NCBI GenBank assembly: GCA_038496445.1 | Contig: JALMLS010000330.1 | Location: 90,274-154,273 of the forward strand | Length of the DNA stretch: 64,000 nt | Direction: 5' to 3' | Source of the DNA: Trichosphaerium sp. ATCC 40318 | Taxonomy: Eukaryota; Protista; Tubulinea | Part shown: positions 1 through 13,297 of the stretch, one piece after another | How positions within the stretch are numbered: position 1 is the stretch's first letter | Layout: each line of letters opens with the position of its first letter | Notes under the pieces: model-generated | Databases searched by the model: none | What the model was told of the DNA's origin: nothing | Seen by the model: the letters and a program-made list of their open reading frames with translations, nothing else | Translations under genes and position numbers: made by a program

Positions 1-2741
1 CTGAAAACAAAGGGCGTACTTGATAGTATTGTTCCTTACTGACTGGGTCCGTTACTACCTTCACCACAATAATAACTGTTATATAATTGGATTTTACAGT
101 ATCAGGTTGATACGGTTCAGCACCTAACGCAAACGTATAAGAAAATGATTGATATAAACAAAAGGAACAAGCACAAATATTTAAACTAGTAATTGAAGAG
201 TCACTTACCTTCTTCTTGAAATACGAGCAACACAATGTCATTACCAATGTGACGCTTTTTGAATACCTAAGGATAACTTCACGTTAAAATAGTTTCCTAA
301 CACAAATACACATGCCTGTTGCTCATTCTTTTGTTGTTGAGGAAGAAGCGTTGATACATGCCACATTATTTCGTGACCTTTAAATGAGGAGTATACTGAT
401 TGCACACCAGTCGTATCCTCTAAACAAACATAAACATTGTAACAAATAAAGGTAAACCATAAAAAACTCTAAAACAATGTGTTCACAACAAGTATTCGAT
501 TAAAACTTTCCAAAAATGGTTTTAAACATACCCTTAGCATCTAATCCTCCAGTAAAACCCTCGAATCCTTTCAATTGAACGACATCGCCAATAAGTTTTA
601 AAAAACCGTCGTACAAAGCACTACCAGACGCTACATAAATTAGCATACACATATAGTGGTTTTTATTTATGTATCAAGCAAAATACTACGTACTGTTTTG
701 GAACATATCCTCCTCACGTGTTTGTCCTGGCTTGCAAAGCAGTATAGCAAACTTAAATTTATTTGTGACCTGCAGACGAACATTAGATGTTGTTACGTTA
801 AATCAATATTTAGCTAAAAATTACGTACCCTCATACCCTTATCCTTATCATCATATGCCATAAGCGTCTTGAAGACATCCAAGTTATTTTCACAAAGCTC
901 GAAACGTTTTTCTTTATGTTCTGGAACCAAAGCCTTTAGCAGTGTCAAACCCTGCAACGGTTCTTTCCAGTTTTCTAGAGTAACTCCCGATTCTAAACCA
1001 CCATCAACAAAACACTAATAATTCCGAACAAAAATAATATCTAACCTGCTAATTGGGACAGAGGTTTAAAATACTTGTTATTACCCTACAAATTCATTAG
1101 AATAATTTAACACAAGTTATAAACGTACATCCTTAGTGCGCACAATGGCACGAACCATTGGAGAGAACTCGTCCCGGCAAACCATAATTGACGCTACAAC
1201 AGGGTCTTTGGTGCCTGCACCAGCAAGATATGTGATATGGGCTAAAAAATGGTCGTTAGTCCCATTCAAAAAAAAAAAGATACTCAACGCACTGTCTTTA
1301 ATAAAATAGTTCTTAAACCACATTTTGTTCTCATGCCAGAAGTCTGTAGCATCGCTCTAAATTAAATAAATGAGCAAACTTTCGTTTTACAAAAAAATTC
1401 CAAAAAAAACGAACTTCTGAAGTGACATATTTGAACCCTTTATGCTCAGCAATAATTGGAGAAACAAGAGCCGAAAGATGCTCAGGTAAACTCTGTACTG
1501 TGCGCAATTTATCTTGAATAGTGCCTTTAAGCATTGACGGCTTCATTGTAGCATAATGACGCCTTCCAGGAGACATGGAGCTAGATCTACGCTTTTTACG
1601 TGTAATAGACGCTAAACATTATTAATAACTGTAAATAAACTGGCTGGCGCAATGCGATTGGCGTACTTGGAGGAGAAGCAGGGAAATTTCTTTGTCGTTG
1701 AGATTCATGAATTTCTGTTGACGCAGAGCCCTCTCCTCTTGGTAGTTTACCACGTAAGCTCATAGTATTACCGCGTAAGCTCATGGTATTACCGCGTGAG
1801 CTCGCGCCATTACCACGTAACATGTTACCACGCAAGCTCATATGCGATGCAGAGCGTTGATGTGGTTTTGGAGGAGGCCGAGGCTTTGGGGGTGGTAACG
1901 GTTTATTGTGACGCGTAGGTCGGTCTGAAGACGCGCGTTTGCGTGGTACTGGAGGTTTATATCCCTAAAACAATTTAAACACTAAACATACAATGGAAAT
2001 GACAAAAAGACCAAAAATGGAAAACAGCATTTAAAATCAACTTCTTTTTACGTACCAGTAGCCCAGGGTTACCTTTATCAAGCTTTCCTACACTGCTCGG
2101 TCCTCTATTACTAGTGACTCTGGCACTGTTTGGAGCATCGACAGCATTTCTTCTGAAGCGTCAATTGAAAAAATAGCGTAAAGTGCGCGTACGATCTGTT
2201 AGGAGAAGCTTGTCGATTACGTGCAGCTGAAGCTGGAAGTGGTGGAGTTTTGCTTGTTTGTGCTGGTTGTTGTCGTACTTGTGGGTGTACGGGTTGTTGT
2301 TTATACACTGACTGGCTTGGTGTTGGTGGGATTGGTGCCCTTTTTGTCGGCCGCTTTATGACGCGCACAAACCCTGCTGGAAACCATCCCTGAGCGTATT
2401 ATGAGAGGGATAACACTTGCACACGCGTTTTCGTACCTTTGTTCCATCTTGAAACACGCCGTGGTACCAGCCACCATCTTCTTTAGTCACTACAACAGTT
2501 TGGCCCTCAGCAATTGAGACTTCTCCTTCGCCTTCAGCACTAAAATCCTCGATGCAACGAACTGTGAACGGGAACTGTACATTGCCTACATAAGGAAGTA
2601 AGATTGATGTCCAGTTAAAGAATAGATATGCTAATACGCGCTCCTACAGTAATTGTAGTTTTGCACTAAATTGGGCTGTTTATTTTAGCTTGTTGTTGCA
2701 GTAGTGACATGAAAGCGAAAGAATAACGTACTGTGGTCCAT
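1..2741 (-). CDS. SH3 + proline-rich + Rap/Ran-GAP domain protein (multi-exon; 3' end runs off the window)
   Basis: Spliced start MDHSNVQFPFTVRCIEDFSAEGEGEVSIAEGQTVVVTKEDGGWYHGVFQDGTK-GWFPAGFV (SH3). Pro-rich middle. RapGAP motifs LKGFEGFTGGLD, EIMWHVSTLLP and FKKRHIGNDIVLLVFQE at about 215-620. Confidence 0.88.
1745..1841 (-). repeat. Imperfect 21-nt coding tandem repeat (MSLRGNT-like heptads)
   Basis: About 5 copies of ttacc(a/g)cgtaagctcat-like units inside the SH3-RapGAP gene. Confidence 0.7.
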
Positions 2742-3160
2742 GACGATCACTAATTCAATAACAAAGCGCAACCTTTAGGACGTGAGGTTTCTCTTTATCT
2801 TCAACAATATTAGTTTATCGAAAAGCGCTGGAGCATTTATGAAGTTGCGCAATTGGTTTTGGAAATAGTTGTAGCAATTGAACGTTTTTCAAAAAAACTA
2901 GCCGTGAAATTGTGAAAAAAAACGCGTCCTACGCAAGGGTATTGTTTTGGGCGAAGTAGCGGCTCTAATATTTTCATTCAAAACACGCTGCAAAGATCCA
3001 ATAAAAATAGTGCTGCACCAACCGTACCGATACTATGGTGTTGATATCGAGTGAGGCGTCATCACACTACTGGTGCGGTTACCGCTGGAGCGTATGGTCA
3101 GAATTGTTCAGCGCTAAGTCACCAATAAGCCGTAACTTGTTCTAAACCCAGCCTCACTCA

Positions 3161-3454
3161 ATGTTACGTACTCTCTGCTCTGCTGGCAGAGTCCAGGTGG
3201 CACGACAACGCTGTTCGACCACTACTGTAAGTCAGCGCGGATTTCATCAGTCCACATTGGTGCTAGCTGTGCCTAAAAGGAAAATTACAAAATCAAGGAG
3301 AAGAAAGCGCTATGCTATGCCTGAATACGCAGTAAAGAAAAAAGTTAATGTTTCTGCTTGCTCCTCATGCGGCGCAACGCGTTTCATTGGTAATATATGC
3401 ACAAATTGCGGCATGTACCACGGTAAGAAGAAACTCACTTACTACGACGCTTAA
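3161..3454 (+). CDS. MRPL32: Mitochondrial ribosomal protein bL32m
   Basis: Arg/Ser/Thr-rich presequence, then AVPKRKITKSRRRKR and a zinc ribbon CSSCG...CTNCG; intronless. Confidence 0.92.
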   Translation: MLRTLCSAGRVQVARQRCSTTTVSQRGFHQSTLVLAVPKRKITKSRRRKRYAMPEYAVKKKVNVSACSSCGATRFIGNICTNCGMYHGKKKLTYYDA

Positions 3455-4429
3455 ACCGATTGTTCTTGTACGATATCGCTAACGAATGTTAGGTGTGCAA
3501 GCTCTAGCACCATCAAGGCGCTTTGAAAAACAACAAATCGCACAGCGTCTCAAGGATGAATCGCTTCTACCACAGCCAGAGGCAAACACAGAATCAAAAG
3601 AAGTATCAGCAAACAAATAGGCTCCTTAACCTTATCAAAATAATTTCTAATTCACCCTTTGCGACGTATATTGGGTACTTGGCGTACAACCAATACATTT
3701 TGCTGATTTGTGATGTTTTTGAGGCTTCACAAGAAAATATATGTACAAACTTCATCTGTATACGCTTGAAATAAACAAGCAAATGCATACTTACAATAAA
3801 ATGCATGAAAACCTACAACACGTGCACTAAATTGTAAACAACAAACCCGAGAAAATAAGAAAAAGAATCAATTTTGTTTTCGTGTCACCTGGATCTAACA
3901 TTCTTGAGTACTGCTGTATTTCATTTTGCATCCCTTTTCCGCCAGGAGAAGGAGTTACTAATTTCTCAAATCAATTCGTGGCATTTAAAAAAACATACTA
4001 AAAAATGCTTTCATGTGCAAGTAGTTCTCACCTCTATAGCTGAACACTTGTTTGCAGCTGTACACCAACATAATACTCGGTATTCTCTAAAGGAAGGCTT
4101 GACAATTACTCTACGCCTACAAAACCCACTGCTGAAACGGACTCATGTACCATTCCATGCAAGTGATATCTCTTTGTTTGTTTTTTGCTATTTCCATTCC
4201 AACTTTAACGGAAAGTGAGATGGAATAAAATACCAGTTCGAACCATGTACTATATGTCATGCAAGTATCATCCAGTCAATTCTATCCAAGTAAACAAAAC
4301 CCGCTAAACAGATACTATGTTTATACAATGTATTCTAAGATACTCTTGGTAATATTGTGGTAGCGATGAATAAACTTGGACAAGTTTTTGTTCAGCGACA
4401 AAGGAATATTGAATGATTGAAAACTAGTA

Positions 4430-6686
4430 ATTCATTGCAAACATTTCTACTCATTCAAAGCACGAGATAATCGAAAGCGATCCCAATCATGAAATCAATC
4501 AGATGTGGCCAATTTTTGCAAGTTTACAGCCACTAAAACACGATACAACGAGGATCTAGTCAAGCTTGGCATGTGGAAATCTTATTACGATGATGGAAAA
4601 CTGAAGAGTAGTAAGACATAGAGAACTTTTTGCTAAGTAGTTGAAAACCAAAAAAAAATTCGTTGTGGTTCACAAATGTTCGCTAGCAACTTCATATTAC
4701 GGCTACAATTAGACACAGTGCTGTTAAATGTACTACAAATGTACTAGTAACCAAAAACTATCACATGGCTGTAAATTCGTAAAAAACTGAAAAACGTGCT
4801 TTTGTTGATAATTTTCATTCGAATGGTAAACAGTTTCTGAAAGCCAAAGTCACTTTTCAATGGCGTCTTACTATACACACAGTATCTTACATTGTGTCAC
4901 GAAACTCCTGGGTTCAACTACAGATTACAACATAAAATATGGCAGACCGCAACCGCCTGTTTCTAAGGCAACGGAAATACATTTCCCTATATCCAGAAAG
5001 GGTGGTACCAAAGTTTCAAAACAGGCCTTGCTGGTCTACCCAATCTTTACACGAAACAAAATAAAAACGTTTTTGGTAAGATACAAATACGCACCAAACT
5101 TTAGGACATGCGATTCTATGCGTAGAAAAGAACAATAAGAAGAACTTACCTCGTTTATTCCAATTAGTCGTATCCACAGTACTCAAATATGTATATTAAA
5201 TCCACTACAACCTATTTAGTACTATAGTGACCTGCAAGAGTAAACAAGTGGTAGTGGTTCACGAAAAGTACGTTTTACAGTTTTTTAGCGCAAAAATGTG
5301 TCAACAAAGTTCTTGAATTAATTTCGCAGTTAGGTGCAATTATTGTACACTCTAATTTCGCTCAATGTGTTCTAAACGTATTATACATGCAGGCTATGCT
5401 TATCAACTACTTAGCAAAAAGTTCTCTAATAACGGAGAGTTACACGGGATTAGTAAGTCTTGGTATGAAAACACCAAGTTAAAATCACATATTCAGTATG
5501 TAAAAGGGAAAAGAGACGGGCAATTCAACCATTGGTACGAAAATGGCCAACAGCACATACAATGCCATTTTGTAAACGATATAAAAAGAAGGCGAGAACA
5601 AACACTGGAGCTCTAACGGACAGCTGTTGCGTCTCTTTCACTACAAGAACAATAAAAGAGCGGGAGAGTACAAAGAGTGGCGAGAAAGCGGACAATTGGA
5701 AAAGATATTCCACTATGTGAAGGTTGGAATGTGCACGTGGTTTAATGAAAATGGCCAAATGCAAAGTTGTTGCCCCTACATCAATGGCAAGAAGGAAGGG
5801 ACAAGAGTAGAATACTATAATAACGGTCAAGTAGAAGCACGTACAACCTACATCAATGGCGTAATGCACGGTGAGTTTAAGAATTGGTTTGAAAATGGTC
5901 AAGTGGTATCTCAAGGTAGTTATATCAATGACAAACGCAACGGAGAGATTAAGCGGTGGTTTCAAAGTGGGCAATTGCGTGACACATGGAACTATGTAGA
6001 AGGCAAACTCGAAGGCGAGAGTAAAAGATGGCACAATAACGGTCAACTAGCTGAACTTTCAAACTATGAGAATAATAAGCAGGAAGGAGTATATAAAAGG
6101 TGGTGCGCTAGTGGTAATTTAGGTATGTCGTAGTGAAGTCTTTTCCTCTAATAGTAAAGTAGAGCAGCATGGTCATTTCGCCAATGATAAGCCTCTATAC
6201 ACCATTATGTGGAATGACAAAGGCCAACTGAAGAGGTACCGTAATTACCGTACTGGCGAGAGGAAGATATGGCATGATAACGGCCAATTGGCAATACAAT
6301 TATTTATGATTAGCGGTAAGTTCGAAGGGAAGCACTTGTCATGGCACAAGAATGGTAAAATAAAGAGAATTACCACTTTTGTCAATGGCAAACAAGAAGG
6401 AGAGTTCACAATTTGGTATGAAAATGGCGAAAAGGAGGAACAAGGCCATCATATACGAAATGAGCTCAATGGTGAGATGAGGAGATGGTATGTAGATGGA
6501 AAATTGTATCAAGTTTATAACTACAGAGACGGTAAACTTGATGGAGAGTTCCAAGAATGGCAACAGAATGGTGTTTTGCGCAAAATTTGCAATTATGTCA
6601 ACAACAAGTGTGAAAGAGAGGATCTACGGCAAGAATCTAGCTCCTTTGAACCAGAAGTAATATGCAAGAACGATAAACAGATTTGA
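4430..6686 (+). pseudogene. F-box-like + MORN-variant (MORN2/YwqK-like) repeat gene, frameshifted
   Basis: Exon 1 reads KHEIIESDPNHEINQMWPI/CKFTATKTRYNEDLVKLGMWK with a -1 shift in a T run near 4515. A phase-1 intron (4611-5392) joins it to WYENG-type repeats. A +1 shift sits in an A run near 5585, and there is an intron at about 6123-6161. No clean in-frame start; homopolymer sequencing error is not excluded. Confidence 0.65.
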
Positions 6687-7070
6687 TAGCACAAAGGAAA
6701 AACGTATCTATTTGCAGAAGGTTGTATCGTTGAGATATTACAATAAACAATAAACTATACTAGATTATAGTTATATGCTGACTCTTGTTTCATTGTACAA
6801 TAGAACTATTTTGAGTTAGCTAGCCTGATTTTTCTGGATGGTCTGCAAGCTGTCCAATAGTGCATCCTTATGGATGACTTTACGCGAGCATAAGAGAAAG
6901 TCACGTGCGCTACAAATCGGGTGTAGCCTTCTAAAAAGTAGGCTTAACGTTAAAACAAAATAGCGTTATTTCAGGTCAATCCGTTTAAAATCTTGTGTCC
7001 GAACGTCAATTGCAGACCTTAATTGTAGCAGACTTAACATTTTTACTAGTAAGCTTGAAACGCTTCAAAA

Positions 7071-8627
7071 ATGGACTGCTTGGGCACTTCAATTGAGCAG
7101 GCACTCATATACTATTGTGAGAACCACAAAGATGAATACAGTAGAATTACTGCAGAACAACGCAAACCATTCCTAAAACAGCTTGAAAGTATCTTAAACA
7201 ATGCAAACAAGAGACTGATGTTACAACTTGACCAATATCTACTCCAAAACACTTGTACGACTAAACAGCGAGCAGAAAAGGTTGCCAAGGATATACATTC
7301 ACAACGTCATCGTGATACAAACACTGAAGAGCTAGCATTGCCTCAACATAAGCTAACAAGACAGTGCGCTATTCCTTATTGTTTATATCACTAACAGCTG
7401 CAAAAAAGTAGAACACAGACGACTATACAACACTCCACCATTCTCGATTTCCCCCCAGAGGTTATTTCAACTATCCTACATCAGGTAGATGCAAAATCAA
7501 GATTTATTGTTGTGCAAACTTGTCATATGATGGCTGATATTATTCATCATGTTGTTGGTTATGAAAAGATATTCATATATGACATTCCAGATATTCTAAA
7601 GGTTAGACAATACCAAGGTGTTATGAACAACACAATCGTTGTTTTGAATGTTGAAAACAATACTTTATTCTCATTGCTGTCAGGGTGTAAAAACGTTTCT
7701 GCTGAGTTCACAAGAAGTTCTGTAGCATTAATTGAGAAGAGTAGTGTTATAAATGACACTGACCTCAAAGCACTTGCAGGAGTTCATTACATTTATCTAA
7801 ATCGTTGTAAGCATATTACAGATGAAGGTATACGAGCATTGAGCGGTGTACATACCATAGTTCTTTCTATGACGTCAGTCACAGATGAAGGTATTAAAGC
7901 ACTTAAAGGTGTTCATAATATTTGCCTTTGTAGTTGTAAAAACGTGACGGATGAAGGCATCAAATCGCTTGCAGGAGTGCACACGATTGATGTAATGTTA
8001 TGTCCAAATGTGACGGATGAAGGCATCAAATGCTTAGCTGGTGTTCACCACATTGATCTTTCACGTACCTCAGTGACAGATAGGGGTGTAAAGTTCCTAG
8101 CTGGAGTTCACACAATCTACCTTTCTCGTACTTCAGTAACTGATGAGGGAATCAAATCACTCAAAGGAGTACACTCCATCTATCTTCAAGATGTACCTGT
8201 TTCAGATGAGGGTGTTAAAGCACTTGCAGGCGTTCATACTATTCATCTTGGAGATACATCAGTGACAGATGAAGGTATAAAATCACTCAAAGGAGTTTAT
8301 GCTATTGACCTTTCTCGCACATCAGTGACTGATGAAGGTGTCAAAGCATTGAAAGGAGTTCATGCAATTAATCTTGATGGCACATCAGTTACAGACGAAG
8401 GCATAAAAGCTCTAATAGGAGTCCATACTATTGGACTTCTAAATTGTGATCAAGTGACAAATGAAGGTATTAAAGTACTTGCAAGTGTACCAAGCCTGCA
8501 TGCTATTGAAAAGCCTTGGAGCTATAAACGTGACCCTGGACGCCCTAAGCATATTCAAATAGTTGTCTATCATCATTTGTTTATACAACGTGCTTTGAAA
8601 CTGTATTATAAAGGTCTGCCCTGTTAG
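7071..8627 (+). CDS. Helical N-terminal domain + F-box + LRR protein
   Basis: One intron (about 7364-7411, CTAAC branch) links the 7071 ORF to F-box ILDFPPEVISTILHQVDAKSRFIVVQTCHMM and about 12 repeats of LAGVHTIDLSRTSVTDEGIKA type. Confidence 0.85.
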
Positions 8628-8963
8628 TACATACACTAAAACACGAACCAATAAATAAACAGTTGTCCCTACTTAATTTGCAAACGACTGAAGCTGCAAA
8701 CTGAAGACGCGACAAATAGAAAAACCAGAATACAATAGGACTGTTTCTTTGCACCACTAGGTAAAGTTGAGCCAAACAGAAATGTCAAAGTTTTTGCCAG
8801 ATAATGTTCGTGCAGCTGTTAATTTTTGACTGCACTAGCCTTTTCGCAAAGGTGTTTAATGATTAGTTAGCTAGTGTGTTGGATGTTTTTTCTAATGTTT
8901 TTTGGTTCAGAGAAATTTGCTCCTTTGTTGTTTGTTTGTTTTTTATTTTGTTTACTATACATT

Positions 8964-10272
8964 TCAATTATTGTGCCCGTCAAGCTCTTCTAGTCTATTA
9001 TTTTTATGTTGTAACCCAATAATACGTTCTACTTTTGCATTTCTTTTACGTCTTTCCATTACTTCGCTTTCTGCTTCTTTTCTATGAGACTCTTTGCCGT
9101 GGTGTAAATCACGATTTGTTTGTCTGTATGTATTTCTAACCATGGTTCCTTCTGGATCCAGTGGAGTTGGTTGTGATACAACTACAAAGAGCGTCAAAAA
9201 GAGGAACAATCGATACATTTTTTAGTTTTTTCAAAAAACCCTGCGCTTCTCACCTTGTTGTACTTCAATTTCCATTGGATCCAATACACCGTCATTATGA
9301 GCAAATCTATAACCTATTTGAATACAAGTGTTAGAGGAAAAGCAATACATGTATGAGTGAGAACACTAACAACAATAAAAAATGAGAGAAAAAAAATGAT
9401 TAAAATGTTTACCAGTTGTCTCATTTCCGTTTCGCGAATCAGCTTTAGACACCTCCACGAATTTATCCATCAAACGCTTAAGAGATGTTTCAACTCTATC
9501 ACGATCACTTTTGGATGATGCAGACTCCGTAGAAGTCTTTGTTTTGATAGGAGCCTAATTTAAAATTTAATTTTTTTATAATCCGAATATATCGTTACAT
9601 GTGACGTTTTAAGCGCCTACTATACGTACTGGTGTATTACCATATGTCCATCGTTCGGGAAAAGGTAATAAGAATTGTGGAATATGTTTTTGAGGCGTTT
9701 TATCTACATCTTCTTCCTTAAGTGTTGGTTTGTCCACGTTTTCGTCACGAAGTGGGAATTTAGGCACAGCTATTACACAGGTTGGTTAATAACGCTTTGG
9801 AATATTGATATAAAGTATTACGCATTGGAAATGCCAGCTTGGCGCCTTGTTCATGCCATTTGGCAAGTTCAACTGTATCTACCCTCATGTCTTGAAATGC
9901 TTGCCTGTGAGAGTAATTTAGCGCGGTTTATTGAAGATTGTTTTAAAAGTTTGTAATAACGTTAACAATAATGATTTAACACAATGACTTGGCGATTTAA
10001 TGGCTGCAGAGCTGCGTACAGTACATCATTGAAGTTTGCTTCATTTCTGCCCGCCAGTTCCGCGTAACTGTGCGCTGCACGGCCTAGTTCTTCAATATCT
10101 ACTCTAGATGAGCGTACTGTAATTAATACACGCAATGTAAATACGCACAGCGTTCGCTTACATCTACCAACGTTTCAAAGGCGGATTTCTCTGTAGAGGC
10201 GAAATCAAAACTTGTACAAATCTGAGAGACAGCAATACGAAGCAGCGCTCGCGGAAACGCCTTGTCTGTCAT
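8964..10272 (-). CDS. TAF8: TFIID subunit 8 (BTP histone fold + TAF8_C)
   Basis: MTDKAFPRALLRIAVSQICTSFDFASTEKSAFETLVDVSERYIEELGRAAHSYAELAGRNEANFNDV (BTP domain) and KHIPQFLLPFPERWTY (TAF8 C motif); last exon ends at 8964. Confidence 0.8.
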
Positions 10273-10335
10273 CTGTGCATCGCCTGGTGAGTGATAAAGT
10301 CAACAAAGAACCCAGTTTGACCAAAGTGGTTATTA

Positions 10336-11244
10336 ATGTCTCACATTAGCAAAGCGAGGAAGAAAAAGCACTTGGTGGACAAAGAAGATCTAACAGTACG
10401 TTTTGTAGAAGAGAAAGATGTAGCAGAAATAAAAATCCTCCAGGTACACCATTTTTCATTAGGTCGCTCTAATAATGTTCCTATAGGATGGGTTGTTCCC
10501 TGTAAAATATGATGAGCGTTTCTACAAGAAACTGACAACAAAAAGTGTCATTTCCCGCACAATGCTATACGACGGCAAAGTAATTGGCGTTGCCACAGCG
10601 AAAATTCCAACAGCAAAAATTTTTGAAACGTATGACGTAGACAAATACCCCAACCACTTACTATCTCACTATTAATCACTTGGTTAGGATACTAAGTATT
10701 TTAACGTGTCATTGTGAAACAGGCAAAAAAGGCTACATAATGACGTTTGGAATTGATATAACATACCGCAGGCAAGGTTTGGGGCGAATCCTACTTGAGG
10801 TAAATTCGTACACGCTAGTAGAAGGGTGATATTCGCTAATTATGTAAAAAAAAGAGCATCATTTCCCAGCTTGAAGAATTGGGATGCTCAAAAGTATTCT
10901 TGCACGTCAAGAGTGATAATACACCAGCTATAAAGTTCTATAAGAGTACGCCACATACTCTACTTTAATTTAAAGTGTCATTTCAAACAAAATGAAGCGT
11001 TGTTGATGCTTACAGACTGTTTGAAATTATAGATGTCGGATTTCATTTAGCAACAAAGTTGAAGAACTACTATGAGATTGAGAAGGAACATTATGACGCT
11101 TACTCTATGGTTCTTGATCTACGTAGTGATACAAAAGGTGCTGCACCTGTTGCAGATTTTTCAGATGAGATGAGGCCTCTATGGGTTGTTTTGTTTATAA
11201 TTGTTGTTATTGTACTTCTTTGTGTTAGAATAATGATTACGTGA
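10336..11244 (+). CDS. GNAT N-terminal acetyltransferase, NAA60/NAA50-like, with C-terminal hydrophobic tail
   Basis: LFPVKYDERFY, GYIMTFGIDITYRRQGLG (acetyl-CoA motif), LHVKSDNTPAIKFY, NYYEIEKEHYDAY; tail LWVVLFIIVVIVLLCV. Confidence 0.82.
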
Positions 11245-11323
11245 CAGGAAGAAATAAAAAATGAACAGATTTTTTGAGTTGACTTATTTGACGCTTCCTT
11301 GACAACAATAAACGTTAATACTC

Positions 11324-13125
11324 ATGCTTGGAGCAAGGCTTGTGTGTCGTGCTCATAGAGCCAGTAGAACAGCTTCTAATACGCACTCTAGTAGACAATA
11401 CGCTAGATGGTCAGTTAAGAAAACACCAGGTGCACCAGAGCTTTCTACAAAGTGTACGACACGATATTGAGTATGCTTTATGATTTCTAACGACATAAGT
11501 CTCTTCCGATGCGCCAAATACCGTATTGGTTGATGGATCCGCCATTGTACGCCAAAGTTTGATTCTTTCAGTAATAATGTTTTGTATAGCTTCAAAAAGC
11601 GTTTTATTCTATCCCACTGATGTCAGCAGACGGCACACCTGTACACGCTATGTTCGGTTACCTAAAAAGCGTTCTCAACTTTATGAAAGAAGAACCAGAC
11701 TACCTAGTTGTATGTTTTGATAGGTATGTAACACAAGACAACGTACTATGGTACTGAACGTTAAATAAGTTATGGCAAGTCCTGGAGACATGACATACAC
11801 GAAGAGTATAAAGGAAATAGCCCTCTAGAAGGCACAAAGCTGGTATGTTTGCATGCTAGGTATTTTGAAGGAGCTGATCGTTCACGTTAAGGCTAAACTG
11901 AAAGACCAACTGCCAATGATAAAACAAGCTAGTATCTCGTTCGATATTAATATTGTAGGCGTAGAAAAGTACGTACAAGCGGTTAAAACCCAAAAAGAAG
12001 CGATTTTTTTAGTGTTTTTGTTTTGACCTAAAAACTTCGATTGCCTGCTGGGTACTGTCAGCTGCTTTTGTGTTGTTTGTATTTTGTGGTGAAGGAGTTA
12101 CGTGTATATTATTGAAATAACTGATTTCTTTTTTTTCAAAATTAGTTATGAAGCTGATGATTTGATTGCATCGTATAAACGTCTTGCAACTGATTTGGGA
12201 CATAATACAATCATTGCATCAAGTAATAAGGACTTGATGCAACTTGTAGATGATAAAGTATGCATGTACAACCCATATCCAACTGTCAAAACACCAAAAT
12301 GGATACGTACGTGGTTGTAGACTGAAAAACAAAAAAAAAGTTGGAGCTAATTTTCTTTGAATGCAATTAGATCCTTCAGAAGTTGAAGAGATTCATGGTG
12401 TACCTCCTCATCTTGTACCTGATATTCAAGCTCTCGTTGGAGAAAAGAAAAGTAGGATACCAAAAGTTGAAGGGCTTGGTCCTGGTACCGCAGCTGAGTT
12501 GCTTAAGAAATATGGTAAGCAAAACGTTTTGCTTTTTCTTTTTCTGCCTTTTTTTACTGAGTTTACTCCATCGTAAATTTCTGTACCATATTTCTCTTTA
12601 ATATATATTTTAGGAAGCGTGGAAGCGTTAGTAGCAAATGCAGGTGGATTTAGAGAACGTATAGCGTCAGAGTAAGCTTGTGGCTATTTTTTTTTCGAAT
12701 ACTTTTTTTGTGAACAGAAATAAGAATAATATTTGTTTTAGGCTTGCAGCAAATGGTATGGATATTATCCGGTATAAATCATTGTTTACCCTACATGATG
12801 CTGTACCTGTACCAGCTCTTGAGAAACAGGAATATCGCGCTCCTTCACAAGACAAAGCGATGGAGTTTATTAAAGAATACAAACTAGAAAGTGTTAGAAA
12901 AACAATGGAGAAGCACTTTGGCTTTAAAGATACTGAACCTGTCCGAAATAGTACGTTAAATATATTTCCTTTATTGTTTGCTTCCTTGAAGTCCTTGAGT
13001 TTGGCATTTTCGATCTAAAGTGTCAAGCCCACGTGCACTTTTTTTGGACGCAAAACTTTTTTGAATCGTTTTTTTATTCTATCATTCTGGCTCACCTCTT
13101 TACAGCCTCTAAACCTGGTGAATGA
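11324..13125 (+). CDS. Stand-alone PolI-type 5'-3' exonuclease/flap endonuclease, probably mitochondrial
   Basis: Presequence-like MLGARLVCRAHRASRTAS; ILVDGS, YEADDLIASY, IIASSNKDLMQLV; H3TH region HGVPPHLVPDIQALVGEKKSRIPKVEGLGPGTAAELLKKYGSVE. Confidence 0.85.
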
Positions 13126-13297
13126 TCTTAGTGGCAGTAATATTGTATAAATAAACAACAAGAAAAACATCAACAATAAAAATATTGTAGGTGATAACGT
13201 TCCAGCTCACTCCGATAGCGAGAAGCGTTGAATGTTAAAAAAACACAATAGAATATGTTGTTTAAAATGTCGCCAAATTTTTCTGTGTTATAACCAA

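Noticed and set aside
7750-8480. Regular DNA periodicity suggesting a CRISPR-like array
   Set aside because: Degenerate coding LRR units with no constant repeat and unique spacer structure; eukaryotic context.
8964-9218. ORF that looks like a small secreted protein (MYRLFLFLTLFVVVS..)
   Set aside because: The apparent signal peptide is an intron pyrimidine tract; the rest is the last TAF8 exon.
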